From positions 620,001 through 684,000 of the forward strand of contig JAMWBK010000009.1 in the NCBI GenBank assembly GCA_029953675.1: a stretch of 64,000 nt of DNA, written 5' to 3'. A program made the translations under genes and the position numbers. The stretch is from Rhodosorus marinus CCMP1338. Lineage: Eukaryota; Plantae; Rhodophyta. The notes under the pieces were generated by a model. The model was given only the letters and a program-made list of their open reading frames with translations. It was not told where the DNA came from and made no database searches. Shown piece by piece: positions 37,526 through 50,899 of this stretch; within the stretch, counting starts at the first letter, position 1, and each line of letters opens with the position of its first letter.

Positions 37526-38931
37526 ATGCCTGCCTTCGTATTCTCGCCTTTGTTGTCGAGCAACTCTGGCCGTCGGCGCGGGGCTTCAGTTACTGAGCTG
37601 ACCGAGGGTGAGGACGGTGAGGTTTCGAAAGAGATCGAGCGATATGTTTTGCGTCAGGTTAGAGAGAAGGTCTTGGAGAGCGGTAGGAGCGCTCTTGAAG
37701 AAAGCATCTACCTGGCCGGTAATGTTCTCGGCAAGGCGCCGTCAACGCAGCGAAAGCTCAAGAAACCAGAGGAACTGGCCGATGGAGATTCTGTTTTCGT
37801 CAAGGCGGGGTCTCCGCCAATGAGAGTCCATTGTAAGCTCTGCGAAGCTGTAGAGGAAAGGTAGGCAATGCAGCAACGCGGTTATAGCATTATTTCACCA
37901 ACGGCCTGAAAGTCTCTCGTCCATTGCTCCAACGAACACTGTAGTGCGTGCGGTTGGGATGGTTTGATGTTGCATGGGATGCTTGGCAGCACCTTCACGT
38001 ACCGGAGAATTCAGCCTCTCCTAGCTTCAAGAATGGGTGGGAAACTGGCGAGCATGGACTTGCCGGGTTTTGGCTTGACTGAGAGACCGAACTTATTGGC
38101 TTGGAGGCTGCTATCAAAGGATTCCCCGTACACACCTCGTCACGCGGAGGAGCTGACCCGGCAGGTTTGACAAGTAGAAGTCTCCTGCTAGTCCTTGAGA
38201 AGTTTCCAAGCTCACCTTTTCCCTACTTGATCACGGCAGGTTATGGCCAAGTTGAAGCTCAAAAACTCTGTACTCTTTGGGCATAGCATGGGTGCACCGG
38301 TTGCCCTGTCTGCAGCGCTGAATGGAGCACCAATATCCGGGCTTGTTCTGTTCTCCCCAGCGGTGAAGATTCAACAGGTGCCTTTCATGAAACAGTTCAT
38401 GAATACTTTCCTCACAGTCCCATGGGTCGGGAGGCGGGCAGTTCGGAAAAGCATGGAGAAGGCTGTCGAAGGCGATCGCGTCTACCATATGATCAAGAGA
38501 AACTTTCATGATCTCAGCAAAATCCCTTTGGAGGAGACGATTGATGGATACACGCAGCCATTGCGCGTTCAGGATTGGGACTCTGGACTTCAACACTACT
38601 ACTTGAACTTCGACGGATTCAACCTTTTGCAGGATTCTCGGATAAAGAGGCTTAATATTCCCGTCCTGGTGAGAGAAAATCCATCGGTACACGCGTACAG
38701 GATAATCTGTTCAGTGCTGATATGAGCGTCTCTCGTACGTTTCTGTAGATCATCTCAGGCGAACATGACAGGGTCCTGCATACAAGTGACATGAAGGCCC
38801 TGAGCAAAGCACTGCCCAACTCAAAGTTCCACGTTCTTCCCGATTGTGGACACATTCCGCAGGAGGAGAAGCCGGTCGAGACCTACAGTGTCATCGCAAA
38901 ATGGTTAGAATCGCTGCCAGCTCCGCGCTAG
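37526..38931 (+). CDS. Alpha/beta hydrolase fold protein (Abhydrolase_6-like), multi-exon; start approximate
   Basis: LHGMLGS, DLPGFGLT, nucleophile elbow GHSMG, ISGEHD, CGHIPQEEKP. Confidence 0.88.
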
Positions 38932-40720
38932 GATCCTAACAGCAATAACAATCCAACTACTTAAGCTACTTTTAGGAAAGACAGAATTAAAGAGAACGTA
39001 GGCATTCTCTATAGTTAATCAAGTACTGTTCAGACGCGTCCAAACTGACCTACCTCCGCAAAGCAGTATGACTAGAGCGAATCCCTCCTCAACCCCACCC
39101 TTCTTCGCAACTTTCAGCACGCGATATTGTGATCTCTGTTCAAGCTGTGCCACGCGATGATAAAAAGCACCAAAAGCAATCAAAGTCATCTAGATAACCA
39201 AAAAGAGGGATAAAGATAGGTTTTACTTTCGAAACTTTGAAAGGAGGGGTTACGTTAGTCTGGGGTTATCCCAGGGTGGCCCCTGGCAGCTCCACACTCA
39301 GACCCGCAGAGGAATCCCCCGACTTCGCTTAGCTATCTTGACCCCATGTCGGCTTGCGGTCGGACCCCCTCAAGATCACAAGACCCAGATTCTATGTACC
39401 TTTGAGCTCGGAGCGATGGCGCTTAGACTTCGTTCTCGTCCCAGGTACGTGCGTGCCTGGATCATATTTTCCAAGCATCATCGACGGTGTACAGCGAGAT
39501 CGATCCAAGCGCTTTCGAACCCTCGGTTGCCACACATGGCAGCGGGACTTCAGGTCTGTATATAGCCCGTCAGACTACGTTGGCTACTGAAGTCAACCCT
39601 TCCAGTCACAAACTGTCCAGCGGAGCTCGGCACCCCAAGCTCGGTCCTGGTCAATACAGCAAGCCATTCCTCCATTCCCCAATCCGCAAAATTTCTTCAA
39701 AAACAAACCCCCCAATCTATCTAAAACAATTACCAATTATCTCGAAATTATCTATAAAACTAATTATACGAAAGAACATCATTCCATAGTCACCCCCCCT
39801 CCCTGACACAATGCACTGGTTTCGAAACTTTTTTCCTCAATGATCAAATACTATTGAATTTACGAAAAATAATTCCACAAGAGAATCGCCTGCCCACTTC
39901 GTAGGGCAAAAACAGGGCTACCCTAAAAAATAGAAATAATCAATATCTGCTTCCTGAACGAAAGATATTGACTGTTTACTATATTTTAAAGTAAACAAAT
40001 TTGAGTAGCAGTCAATTTAAGTCACGATTTTGACTGAAGTAATAGAAGGATGGCGTCTGGTACCCGGAAAGTGGAGTAAGTTTTTCTGTTTTTGGTGACC
40101 AGATTATCAGGAGATAGAAAGTTGCCTTTTTATCCAGAAAAAGAGGGAGCAGGGGGGGGAGAGATTGTTGGAAGGTATTTAGAAAACTAAGTACCTTGAT
40201 TTGGATAGATATGGTATTGAAAATAGTTGGAGAGGACAAAAAAATTAAATTATAAGCAAATAACTTCCATATTATGTCAGATATTTGTCAAAGAAACTAA
40301 TTTAGGAGTGTTTAGGAAGGGGGGCCCGGAGGGTGGGGGGGAAAGGGGGGGAGGGTGGGGTGCGATCGGAGAGGTTTAAGAGAGAATGTGGACCGTATAA
40401 GAATGGTAGCAATGGCATGAAAGATAGGGATTTGGTTGTGTCCATTTACTTCATCTAGCGAGTGACAGTGGTAAGGAGAAGGAAGGAGGGAAGTAAGCCA
40501 GGCTTAAAGAGGAGACTCCAGAACGGGGTGAAGACTGGGATTTGGTTGAGGAGGTCGTGATGAGGTAGAGGTTTGGTGGATTTGGAGATTGATTTTTTGG
40601 GGGTTGGTGGGGCGCTGAGGTAGTCGGGATTCGTAGTCTGGGTAAGGAGGAGCGAAGGGAGATTGTGGAGGAAGGGTGACCAAGATTTTCGGTTTCTTGG
40701 TTTTGTTGGTGTTTTTGACG

Positions 40721-43700
40721 ATGGTGGGTAGGACGGGATTTATCCTGCCCGGGCTGAATTTGGGTAGGAGGGTAGTGGCAGGTAATGTTTCGAGGGGAGT
40801 CGTTGTGTACTCGTCGATGAGATCTGCTGGTGGGCGGTCAGTATGGAGGCCGAGCGAAGGTACTTGTAGTTTTCCTTCTCTGGTTCAGGGTTTCTATTTG
40901 CTCCTGTTCGATCTGGTTTGGGGATATGTGTCTGAATCCTGACGGTGAATGTCCGTAGCAGGTTCAAGATCTTTGTCCAGAACGACCATGACCGCGACTA
41001 GTGTTCCCGTTAAGGAGGAGAAGTCTCTGCCTCCTGTGAAGTATCTGAAAGACTACGCTCCACCAGCCTACCTTGTGGAATCCGTAGATCTGACTTTCGA
41101 GCTAGACGATCCGGAAACTGTGGTTAAGAGCAAATTAGTGCTGGCCCTTAATCCAAAAGGAACAGCTGGCGACAGGAGTATTGTACTCGATGGCGATAAG
41201 GTATGAAATTGATAAAGAATCCTTCCCCCCTCTCGGCGTGTAGACTGAAACGCAACCGAGTTGTTCCCTAGGGATTGGAACTCGTAGAAGACTCCCTAAC
41301 GGTCGACGGCAAGGTTGTCCCAAGCTCTCAGTTTGAACTTACGGACAGTGGTCTCACGGTCTTTGAATCAGCGCTTCCAGAGTCGTCGGAGTCCCTGACT
41401 ATCGAATGTTCCGTCAAGAGCAACCCAGCTGCGAATAAGGCATTGGAAGGGCTTTACAAGAGTGGGGGAAACTTTTGCACACAGTGTGAGGCAGAAGGTT
41501 TCAGGCGCATTACGTTTTACCCCGATAGACCAGACGTTATGTCCGTTTTCACGACAACGATTGTCGCTGACAAGGAGAAATACCCGGTAGGATCATACCT
41601 TCTTTCATGTGAAGACCGTACAACAGCCTGCAGAGACTGAATCTGAATTGTCAAAACGACTTGTGGTGCAGGTATTACTGTCTAACGGCAACAAAGTGGA
41701 AGAAGGAGATGCTGAGGATGGCAAGCACTATGCAAAGTACGTTGACCCGCACCGAAAGCCCAGCTACTTGTTCGCGCTCGTGGCGGGTGACTTGGTCTGC
41801 AGTGAAGATACTTTTGAAACCATGAGCGGAAGAACTGTGGACCTGAAGATATTCGTCAGAGAGGGAGACGTTCAGAAGACTAAGCATGCCATGGAGTCCT
41901 TGAAGAGGTTGCACTCCTAACAAGCCTGGGCTTTTTTTTTTCCGCGCTCCAGTGCTGAACGAATCAAACACACGTTGCCTGTTATCCTGTCCAGATCCAT
42001 GCGGTGGGACGAGGAAACCTACGGGCGTGAATACGATCTAGACATTTTCAACGTCGTAGCGGTGGATGACTTCAATATGGGTGCGATGGAGAACAAGTCC
42101 CTGAACATCTTCAATTCTCGCTTCGTGCTCGTGAGTCCGGACACTGCCACCGATGCGGATTACAACAACGTTGAGGGTATTATTGCCCACGAATACTTTC
42201 ACAACTGGACTGGAAACCGCGTCACCTGCCGTGACTGGTTCCAACTCTCCCTGAAGGAGGGGCTCACAGTGTTTAGGGACCAGACCTTCAGTGCCGATAT
42301 GGTTAGTATTTTGCCGGCAGTGTGGAAACGAAGGATAGCGACTAACTCCTGGCTCTAAATTCGAATTCTTTTGCCATCTGGTGCAAGAGCTCGAAGGGCG
42401 TGAAGAGAATCAGTGATGTTGTCAGGCTTCGAGGGGCTCAGTTTCCTGAGGATGCGGGACCAATGGCGCATCCCATACGCCCGGAGTCCTTCATAGAGAT
42501 CAACAATTTCTACACTCAGACAGTCTATCAGAAGGGTGCCGAAGTGATCCGAATGCTGCACACAATTCTAGGACCGAAAGGTTTCCGCAAGGTCTGCCGA
42601 CGCTGAATGCTTCTTCTCTGTTTTCCCAGATTACCTGAAAGTGTTTTTTTTGTTGAACACCCGAAAACCCCCAGGGAACGGATTTGTACTTTGAAAGGCA
42701 TGATGGACAGGCCGTAACCTGCGAGGATTGGGTCCAGGCACTTCAAGACGCAAACCCGGAGATCGACCTTACTCAGTTCAGACGGTGGTATTCCCAGATC
42801 GGGACTCCGGTTGTGTCGTGCTCTACTGAGTACGACGAAAGCGAATCAACCCTAACGCTGAATTTGGAGCAGTCTAATCCTCAGCCAGACAGTGAAGAGA
42901 CCGGCGAGCCCCTGCTCATTCCAATTCGGATGGGATTGCTAGACTCGACAGGTACGGATGGGATTGATGGCCTCGACCCCTAAAACTTTCGGTTCAAGCA
43001 CAGCGGAGAAGACATCTCAAAATTTCTCATCTGAATTGTCTACAGGTCTCTCAATCCCCGTCGATATTGGCGACGGGCTTGTCGAAAACGACAAGGTGCT
43101 GAGTTTGACGAAGGCGAAGGAGACCTTTACCTTGAAGAATGTTCCCAAAGGTTCAGTTGCGTCCCTCTTTAGGGACTTTTCCGCGCCGATTAGGCTAGAG
43201 TACTCCGGTTAGTGAAAGCAGCACGTTCGAGCAGGTCACTTGCACAAGCTTATTCCGGATATCAATGTTTACTTGAAACCGGATGTGATTCTTTCTTGTT
43301 TTCTTCCAGATGGTCAAAGTACGGAAGAGCTTGCATTCCTTCTGGCGAACGAGACAAATGACTTCTCAAGGTGGGAAGCAGGCCAGAAGCTAGCGGCGAA
43401 TACAGTCCTTGGCTTCCTCGCTCGCGACGACGATGGTAGGCATTGCAAGCGCTGAGTAACGCGAGATTTGTAATTTAAAGCCCGGACTGAAGCCTAGCTC
43501 CGATTTCAATATTCACAGAGTATCCGGAGATAAGCGATAAGGTTGTGGAAGCGTACCGTGCGGTTCTACGGGATGAAAAGACCGATAAGGCTTTGGTCGC
43601 AGCGCTCCTGGCGATTCCGTCCAATCGCTTCATTGCTGACCTGATGAAGGTACCGCTATCAATTTTTAGAAATCTAAGCCAAGATCGAGCAACCTAATCG

Positions 43701-44695
43701 CTTCTGTATGGAATTTCTCAACGCTTAGGAGAATGACCCAATCCCCATTTTCAAAGCGAGAAGCCATTTGAAGAAAACCTTGGCGAAAGTGCTGAAAACA
43801 GAATTTGAGGACGTGCTCAAGGCGACTGAGGATCTAGGAGAGTACAGCATCGATCTGAAGGCTCAAGGCAAGCGGGCTCTTCACAACAGCGCGCTTGACT
43901 ATCTTGGCAGTCTCAGGGAGCCTGAGGTGATGAAGCAATGTCTTGAAACGGTACGGTGCAGGGCAGACAAGGAACAGCCACGATCCGTGTTTCCAATTCT
44001 CTAAGTTTTGGTTAAATCCCGTATCATGTCTCCATTGAAGGTGAGAGAGGGGAGAAACATGACGGAAGTCCTTGCCGCACTGAATGTACTGGCCGCCACG
44101 GATTCGGAGGAGCGTGATCTAGCATTGGCCACGTTTTATGACAAGTGGAAGGAGAACAATCTCGGTAGGTTCTTTCGAAGACTACAAACCGTGGGAAGTC
44201 CGGAACACACGCAATCTGACTTTTAAGTTATGGCTTGCGCTTGCAGTCATTTTGAAGTGGCTCGGTATTCAGGCCACAGCACCGAGGGAAGATGCGCTGC
44301 AGATTGTTAAGTCTCTCATGGAGCACGAGTCATTCGATATGACTGTTCCCAACAAGGTACGTCTGTGCACGGTCGGAGCCGCTGCATTCAAGATTCCTGA
44401 CCCATAGAGCTGTGATAACGTCTAGGTATACGCTGTTCTTGGTGGACTTAGTGCCAACGACTTCGGATACCACATAGGTGGTCAGGAGAGCTACGATTTT
44501 ATGGCCGACCAAATCATGCGGTTGGACGAGCTCAACCCACAGGTCGCTTCTAGAATGGCGAAATCTCTCTCTCTCTGGCGGCAGTACAAACCCGAAATCC
44601 AGGAGATGATATGCTCGGCTCTGAAGCGAATCGCGGACAAGGAGAACCTCTCATCTGATGTTTACGAGGTGGTTTCAAGGAGCCTTTCAGCATAG
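40721..44695 (+). CDS. pepN: Aminopeptidase N (M1 family, PepN type) with putative transit peptide, many introns
   Basis: [44 protein letters not shown], zinc motif [44 protein letters not shown]. Confidence 0.95.
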
Positions 44696-45121
44696 GTGAA
44701 AATGAGTTCCGCTTTTTTTTTCTGAAGTCGTCGTCCCAGCGTCAATGAGAGCTGTTCAGATTGATCTGTAGCCTCGGGGAAAGTCTTCTCACCGTTGAAA
44801 GGAGTAACATACCAAAGGCCGGCGTCGTGACTTCTCCGTGCTAAAGCGCGATTGAAGATGAGAGCGTTATCCAATCCGGAAATCCGATGGCCTTTGCAAT
44901 TCTAAGTCTTCTGATCGGACTTGCACCGTTGGACTTTCGCGGCTTGCGAACTGGCCAGCTGACAATGTCAGTGCTTGTCGATTGTCACTAACGGGAAGGG
45001 CTGCAGGCTAGCTAGGGACTCGAAACCGGCCTTTGATTAGGTAACATCGAGAGCGTAGCGACTTTTGGGAGGAGACAACTGATTTATCTATTCCCTGGTT
45101 TGTTTTGGTGTGTTTGGTTTT

Positions 45122-46086
45122 TCAGTGTTCTTCTTGATGGGAAATTGTGGTGAAGATCAACGTCCAGACGAAAGCGACAAGGTTGGCGAACAAGACTCTG
45201 TAACTGAGTGGAACTACGGAGAAGTTGACGAGCTGTGCAATCGGCCATAGCTTCCAGTTGGCAATTATCACCGTGACGATCTGATCCTTAATTTTCTTCA
45301 GGGCCGCCTTCACGTCGAATGTTTCAAGAAAAGTCATTCCGAACATCATCTGAGCGTTGAAAAATACTGCCCAAAGTAACTGTACAAGCACGAGAAGGAA
45401 AAGGGGAAAAATTGAGCAGATAGCCCACCGCACAAACCGCGATGCCCTTACGAGCGTCTCGAGTACCTGGTCAATGGCCATCTGCTTGACCGCTTTGAGA
45501 GCCACCATCCCTGGGAAAATCCGTTCCAGAAAACCAAACCACCCGTGTAGAAGTGGTGTTCCCACAAGGGTAAACCAGGCTGTAAGAGATGCCAGCCTTC
45601 TCAAGTCCAAGTCCTTCTCGGGGTCATCCTTCATCTCAATCCATTGTGCCATGTAGTCAGCGAGGGCCGTAAGTATCCCACCTGTGATCATCTTCGTTGT
45701 AAGCGGACCCCTCGCCAATAACTTTGCATCAGTAAAACCCACAAACCCAAAAAAAACACCACACTCCTCATCAGTTAGTCAATGAGACGACAAAAGCGGT
45801 GATTCAGCTCGCCAAGAAAAAGAAGATCTCAGCGTACCTTCCCATAGAGCGCCAGCAAGTTCCAATCCCAGGAGCTATCACCATCCTCATCAAACTCATC
45901 CCATTCGCCTTCATCGTAGAAACCACCAGGAGGCACAGGCGGATTGCCCTCAAAGTTCACCCGCACTAAATCAGACCTCCTGATAGCTACTCCACTCCCT
46001 CTTCGAGGTCGAATCTCTCTACCAACATTACTACCTCCTACTCTCAGACATGACTTATCAACACCCAAATTGATAAATCCATACAT
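45122..46086 (-). CDS. Mpv17/PMP22 family membrane protein with N-terminal transit peptide-like extension
   Basis: Exon 1 MYGFINLG...NLLALYGK| joins LLARGPLTTKMITGG; KMAIDQ, NWKLWPIAQLVNFSVVPLSYRVLFANLVAFVW. Confidence 0.88.
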
Positions 46087-46824
46087 CACGAACAAAAAAA
46101 CCACCTCAATAAAAAGTAGTCTGACCGACTTTCAGAACCAAAATCCACCGAGTAGACAAGACGTTGGGGTTTTTTATACACGTCCCAATTACGAAACGGG
46201 CTTCAAAGTCTACCTATTCCTACAGAACTCATTCACCTTTGGTGACCTTTCCCTCCCCACTCCCTTTCCCACCATTTGGAAACAAACCCTTCCTCTGTTC
46301 TCTTATCCACGCCGGTGACACCCGGTGAAGCCTCCTCTTCTACTCTCGAGCCTCCACCTAACCGAATAAGAACGGCCCAGCTCCAGATACCGGAGATCCT
46401 TGTCCCAACTGTCCCAGCTGTCCCATTATGAAAGTGGTGACGAGGGCTGCGTCCAGGAGTTTTCGGATGGTACTAATGGTGAGTTTCACCTTTAGTTGTT
46501 TGTTGTTTTTGATTGTGGTGGAAACGGTTAGAGAGACTTACGAGGAGGATGGATCAGCTGGGACAGACCTAAGCGCGGCTCGAGCTGGTCCTTAGATATT
46601 GGAGATCTGTCCCACAGACTGTCTCACTGTTGCACTAAGAACTGACGCGTCCTGGAGTTTTCCGATGATTGAGTTTCAGCATTGGTTGTTTGTTGCTTTT
46701 GCTTGCGCGTAGATCCAAGAGAATACTCTATAGACCATAGTATCATTTAGTATGGATTAGGTAACGATAGACCTGCCGATCTTAGCAGCAGATCTTCCAG
46801 CACAGGGAGTATCAGGGGTACCAG

Positions 46825-46963
46825 TAGGGTTGTGCGAAGTGGGTCGGCTTTTTCGCTGTTTACGACCTCCCTCCCCCCGGCTCCTAAACCCCCTTGTTTT
46901 CGCGGGTTTAACCACTTCTGGGTCGTAAACAGCGAAAAACCCAACCCACTTGGCACAACCCTA
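46825..46963. mobile_element. MITE-like element with ~42-bp terminal inverted repeats (TAGGG...CCCTA, hAT-like ends)
   Basis: Left tagggttgtgcgaagtgggtcggctttttcgctgtttacgac is the reverse complement of right gtcgtaaacagcgaaaaacccaacccacttggcacaacccta, with few mismatches. A second copy lies at 59684. Confidence 0.8.
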
Positions 46964-47003
46964 GTATTAGTGAACTAAGACTGAACTCTATTAGTTGTAA
47001 GAG

Positions 47004-49200
47004 TTAAGCTGGGAAGTAGAACAAGAAGTTCGGGATGTAGGGAGCGTGCGAGATTTCGTTATGCGCCATGTAGCCGTAATTGCCTTCTTTCTTCCGCAGT
47101 AACGGGAACTCATCAGCAACTACGGCTACATCGCGCATAACGAAATCTCGCACGCTCCCTACATCCCGAACTTCAAAATTCCCATTTTCAAAACATTTCA
47201 ATAAAATGTATTCCTTGGTGACCACATCCAGCTTGTTGCGCTTAGCAGCCGGTACGTATCCGATCACGCGGCAACCAAACGGATACAGGTTGTTCAAAGT
47301 ATCTCTTTCCCAGAACGCAATCTCTACAGGACTTGCGCTCTGTCCTCTCCGGGTCCGTGAGTTTATAATCCTCTCCACGAGCTGAACGGTGTGCGGCCAA
47401 CTTGCGTGCGACGCTCCAGCGTCGCACAACATCGACCTCATTAACTGTAATATTGTCGAATTTACCAGTTCTGCAATACCATTGCACTCTGGCGAATGAG
47501 GTGGCGCTGGATCCCATTCTACCCCTATTTTTCTCAACAATGGCTTCAACTTCTCGAACTCCCCACCGTTGTCACAATGTAGAACCTTCACAAAACGCCC
47601 GGTCTTCCTCTGGAACCAATTGCAATAATCTAGGAAAGTATCCTCAACGTCGCTCTTCTTCACGATTGGAAAAACTCTCAGATGCCTCGATTTCTCATCG
47701 GTGAAAGTCACGAATTGAGAGAAGTTTCCCGTGCCTGATAGCGGTAAAGCCCCACAGACATCGCTGTTTGTTATGTCTGCAACCTCCAGCGCATGCATCA
47801 ACCTGCCCCTGCGCGGCTTTCTTTTCATCTTTGTCCTCAGACAAGTGAGACATTTCGCGCCTGCATCTAACGTCCTTTTGGCCGTTTGGTCTTCCGTGTG
47901 GCCGGTGTGAAAATGGGCATCCGATAGAAAATGACAAACATGTTCTTCTAGTGTTATATCTCTGTCTAAGATATAACCCCGTTTGCTGTTCACTATCCTC
48001 GCGAGCATTCCACCTGTCTTATCATCAACGCGTCCACCTTTCCGATCGAAAGTGACTCGGCACCCCTTTTCTGTCGGCTGCATCAGGGACACATAATTGC
48101 CAGTCAGTTCCGAAGAATATTTGACCCTTGACAAACCCAACTTCCGAACTCCCACATCCGTTACTACCTGGAACGATACGGTTCCCTCGTGGGTGCACGA
48201 GATTTCACGCCTATCCGCCAACACGACCTTGGACTCCATCACCGGATCCAGGTTATCGAAGAACTCTCGCTCCCCGAATATGTGTGCGGATGCTCCACTG
48301 TCAACCACTAAGTCATTCTTGTCAGTAGGGCCTCCAATGGCTAGGAGTGTGAATTTCTCCCTGCTCCCACTTGCATTAAATTTTGTAGGGCCGTTGTGGC
48401 CCGTCGACTGCTTCCCCCTCTTGTTCCGATGCTGTTTCAGTTGATGACAATTTCGCTTAAAATGCCCGACCCTCCCACAGCCGAAGCACGTCTTACAGTC
48501 CCGAAGTAGATATCCTTCGCGTCGACATTTGTGGCACGCTCATTCGCTCTCCCTCACCCTCATGTAGAGCAGAGTTGGCGTCCTTTCCGCGTTAGAATCC
48601 GGGTCTACGTCAATCGCCGCTTCTCCCTTGTGCCTGGACTGGATAATCTCCCAGGTCAAGTCGTCCTCTGGCTGCGCTGAAGACTGGCTGGTCCTGCGAC
48701 CGATCCCGCAACACATTCTGTACGTGTATTAATCGGTCGCTGGCGTCGTACGTTGTCCCTGCAATGGAATAGAGCTCGGCGTACCGTGCCTCCAACCATT
48801 GGAAAACATCGTACAATGATTCTACTAACTTTGCTTTCCTATGGTACAGTTGGAAAGAAAGTTGGGCTTCGTTCGTCCGCGTCCGATTGGTATATGTTTT
48901 CTCGAACTTTTCCCATATCATCCTGGGGTCTGTCTCTTCAGCCACCGTTAGTTGTTGTGTGACCCCAAGCGTGAGTTTTATACACGCTCCGACTAGTGAC
49001 AACCGATCCTTATCAGCAATCTCCTCCTCGTCCCTAAAAACCAGTTTCGTCAACCGACAAGCGTGACTTGACATGAGTTGCCTTCGTGCGACCCTAGCTG
49101 GGGGGGACAATCCCCAGCATTTCCCTCCATGATTCCTCCTTACAACTACAAATATCAACACCTGTCCTCTACACAGCTCCAACGTGAGCTGGGCTCATAA
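47004..49200 (-). mobile_element. Ty1/copia retrotransposon remnant: disrupted gag (two zinc knuckles), protease and integrase; truncated before RT
   Basis: CHKCRREGYLLRDC/CFGCGRVGHFKRNC, VDSGASAHI, integrase SDVCG..FVTFTDEKSR..LHCDNGGEF..APPHSPECNGIAE. Copia-type gttatgagcccag leader near 49200. Confidence 0.93.
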
Positions 49201-49944
49201 CATGTTAAACAAAACTAGGTCTATGAGTCTTGTATCGTCGGCTCATCCAACAATCCAACCCCCCGTTCTCATGTACACGCGAGGATCCTTTTTCAGCTGC
49301 TGGAAACCCTTATTCTGCAGGTCTTTTGTAAGTTGATCGTGCCAGGTCCTAGCAGACTGCTTCAGTCCGTATAATCCCTTCCGCACTTACACACACATCC
49401 TTGTGCACCCTCATATCCGTGTAGCGGTTCCAAGTATACATCATCATGCAACTGGCTGTAGAGGTATGCCGTCTAATTATCAAAACTGTAGTACTTCCCA
49501 GTTATATATCTATTTCGTAATTGTAGTACCTCACAGTGATATTTTGATGTTGAGACGGCATACCTCTACGTCCAGTTGCACGATGACGTATACGTTGAAC
49601 CGCCACAAGTCGGATGGATCGATGGTAGCAGGTAGATATCAGGGTGCACAAGGATTTGTATGCAAATTGCGGAAGCAATTATATGCGGACTGAAGCAGTC
49701 TGCTAGGACACGGCACGATCAACTTACAAAAGACCTGCGGAATAAGGGTTTCCAAAGAGCTGAAAAAGGATCCTTGTGTGTACATGAGAACGGGGGTTGT
49801 ATTTGTTGGATGAGCTGACGATATACACTCATAGACCTAGTTTTGTTTAACATGTTATGAGCCCAGCTCACGGTTGAGCTGTGTAGAAGACAGGTGTTGA
49901 TATTTGTAGCTGTAAGGAGGAATCATGGAAGGAGATGCTGGGGA
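49111..49944. repeat. ~830-bp fold-back (long inverted repeat) made of a copia RT fragment joined to the PBS/gag start
   Basis: 49111-~49495 is the reverse complement of ~49530-49944, with scattered mismatches and one ~25-bp indel. The right arm encodes FDVETAYL..., GLKQSART and EKDPCVY..ADD. Confidence 0.9.
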
Positions 49945-50899
49945 TCGCTTGATGGGTGGTTGTGTCCCGCTCTAGGCAACATTACAGTTTGTGTGGGAAT
50001 AGTTAGAGACATACGAGGATAGTGGATCACCTGGGAAAAGACCTAGCCCAACATGCCCAGCTCCAGCTGGTCTTTAGATATTGGATATCAGTCCCCAATG
50101 TCGCACGCCGACAGAACTGATCGTGTGAAAGTCCGTGAACTCGGCATCTCATCCCCCGTCCGGATATGTGATAACGGATACCATAGGGTTTATAGTTTAC
50201 TGGGAAGTAGATAGGAAAGGCAGAGGAAGTAGAGAGTGGAGCCAAGATTAGAGTTTTCCAAGGTTGCAAATTGTGATAGTGGGTCGAATCCCCGCGTCTA
50301 GTTTACCAGCGTAGACACAGTGGGTTCTCAACCCCCGCGATCTTTTGCGAGTGATGACCTTTTAGAGTGGCTATAGCCCGCTCTAGGTCACTCCTATAGC
50401 CGGGTGAGAAGGAGAGAAGGGCTAGAGTCGTTTACAGATCGATTCTCGAGCCCTCTCGAGTTTTTAAGAGGGTTCTGTTGTTTGTGTGATATGGTATCGT
50501 TGGAGGTAGATATATTAGGCTGATGGACTGCATCGGGTAAACCTAGCCCGGAGTATCCGTATCAGGCTCTTCCACGAGATACCGGAGACCTGTCGCTTGT
50601 GCCGCGGAATGAGAACTGATCGAATTGTTAGCTTTCGGACAGTACCGAGCCCGCGGCGGATTGTAGCGTGAGAAAGGAGGCTATAAGTTGGATAGCGACA
50701 ACAAAGTTCGCTGCTCCTCGCCTGTCCTGATACCGGGCCAGATTTATGTCTAGCTTGCCAAGGATTCCCAACAGCGGATTTGACAGGCAGCATAGTTGAG
50801 ATCTATCCAGTGCCATCAGAAAGAAGAAGATCGAAGCCCGAGAAGCGAGGAGTTGGGAATGATTCCTGTACAGGTTTATTCGACTTGTGGACTTACTAT

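Noticed and set aside
40721-44695. Bacterial-type PepN as a horizontal-transfer novelty
   Set aside because: PepN-type M1 aminopeptidases are well known in plants and algae, and this gene is intron-rich and ordinary.
50275-50345. tRNA-like ggtcgaatcccc
   Set aside because: No cloverleaf, acceptor stem or D-arm; it lies in retroelement debris.
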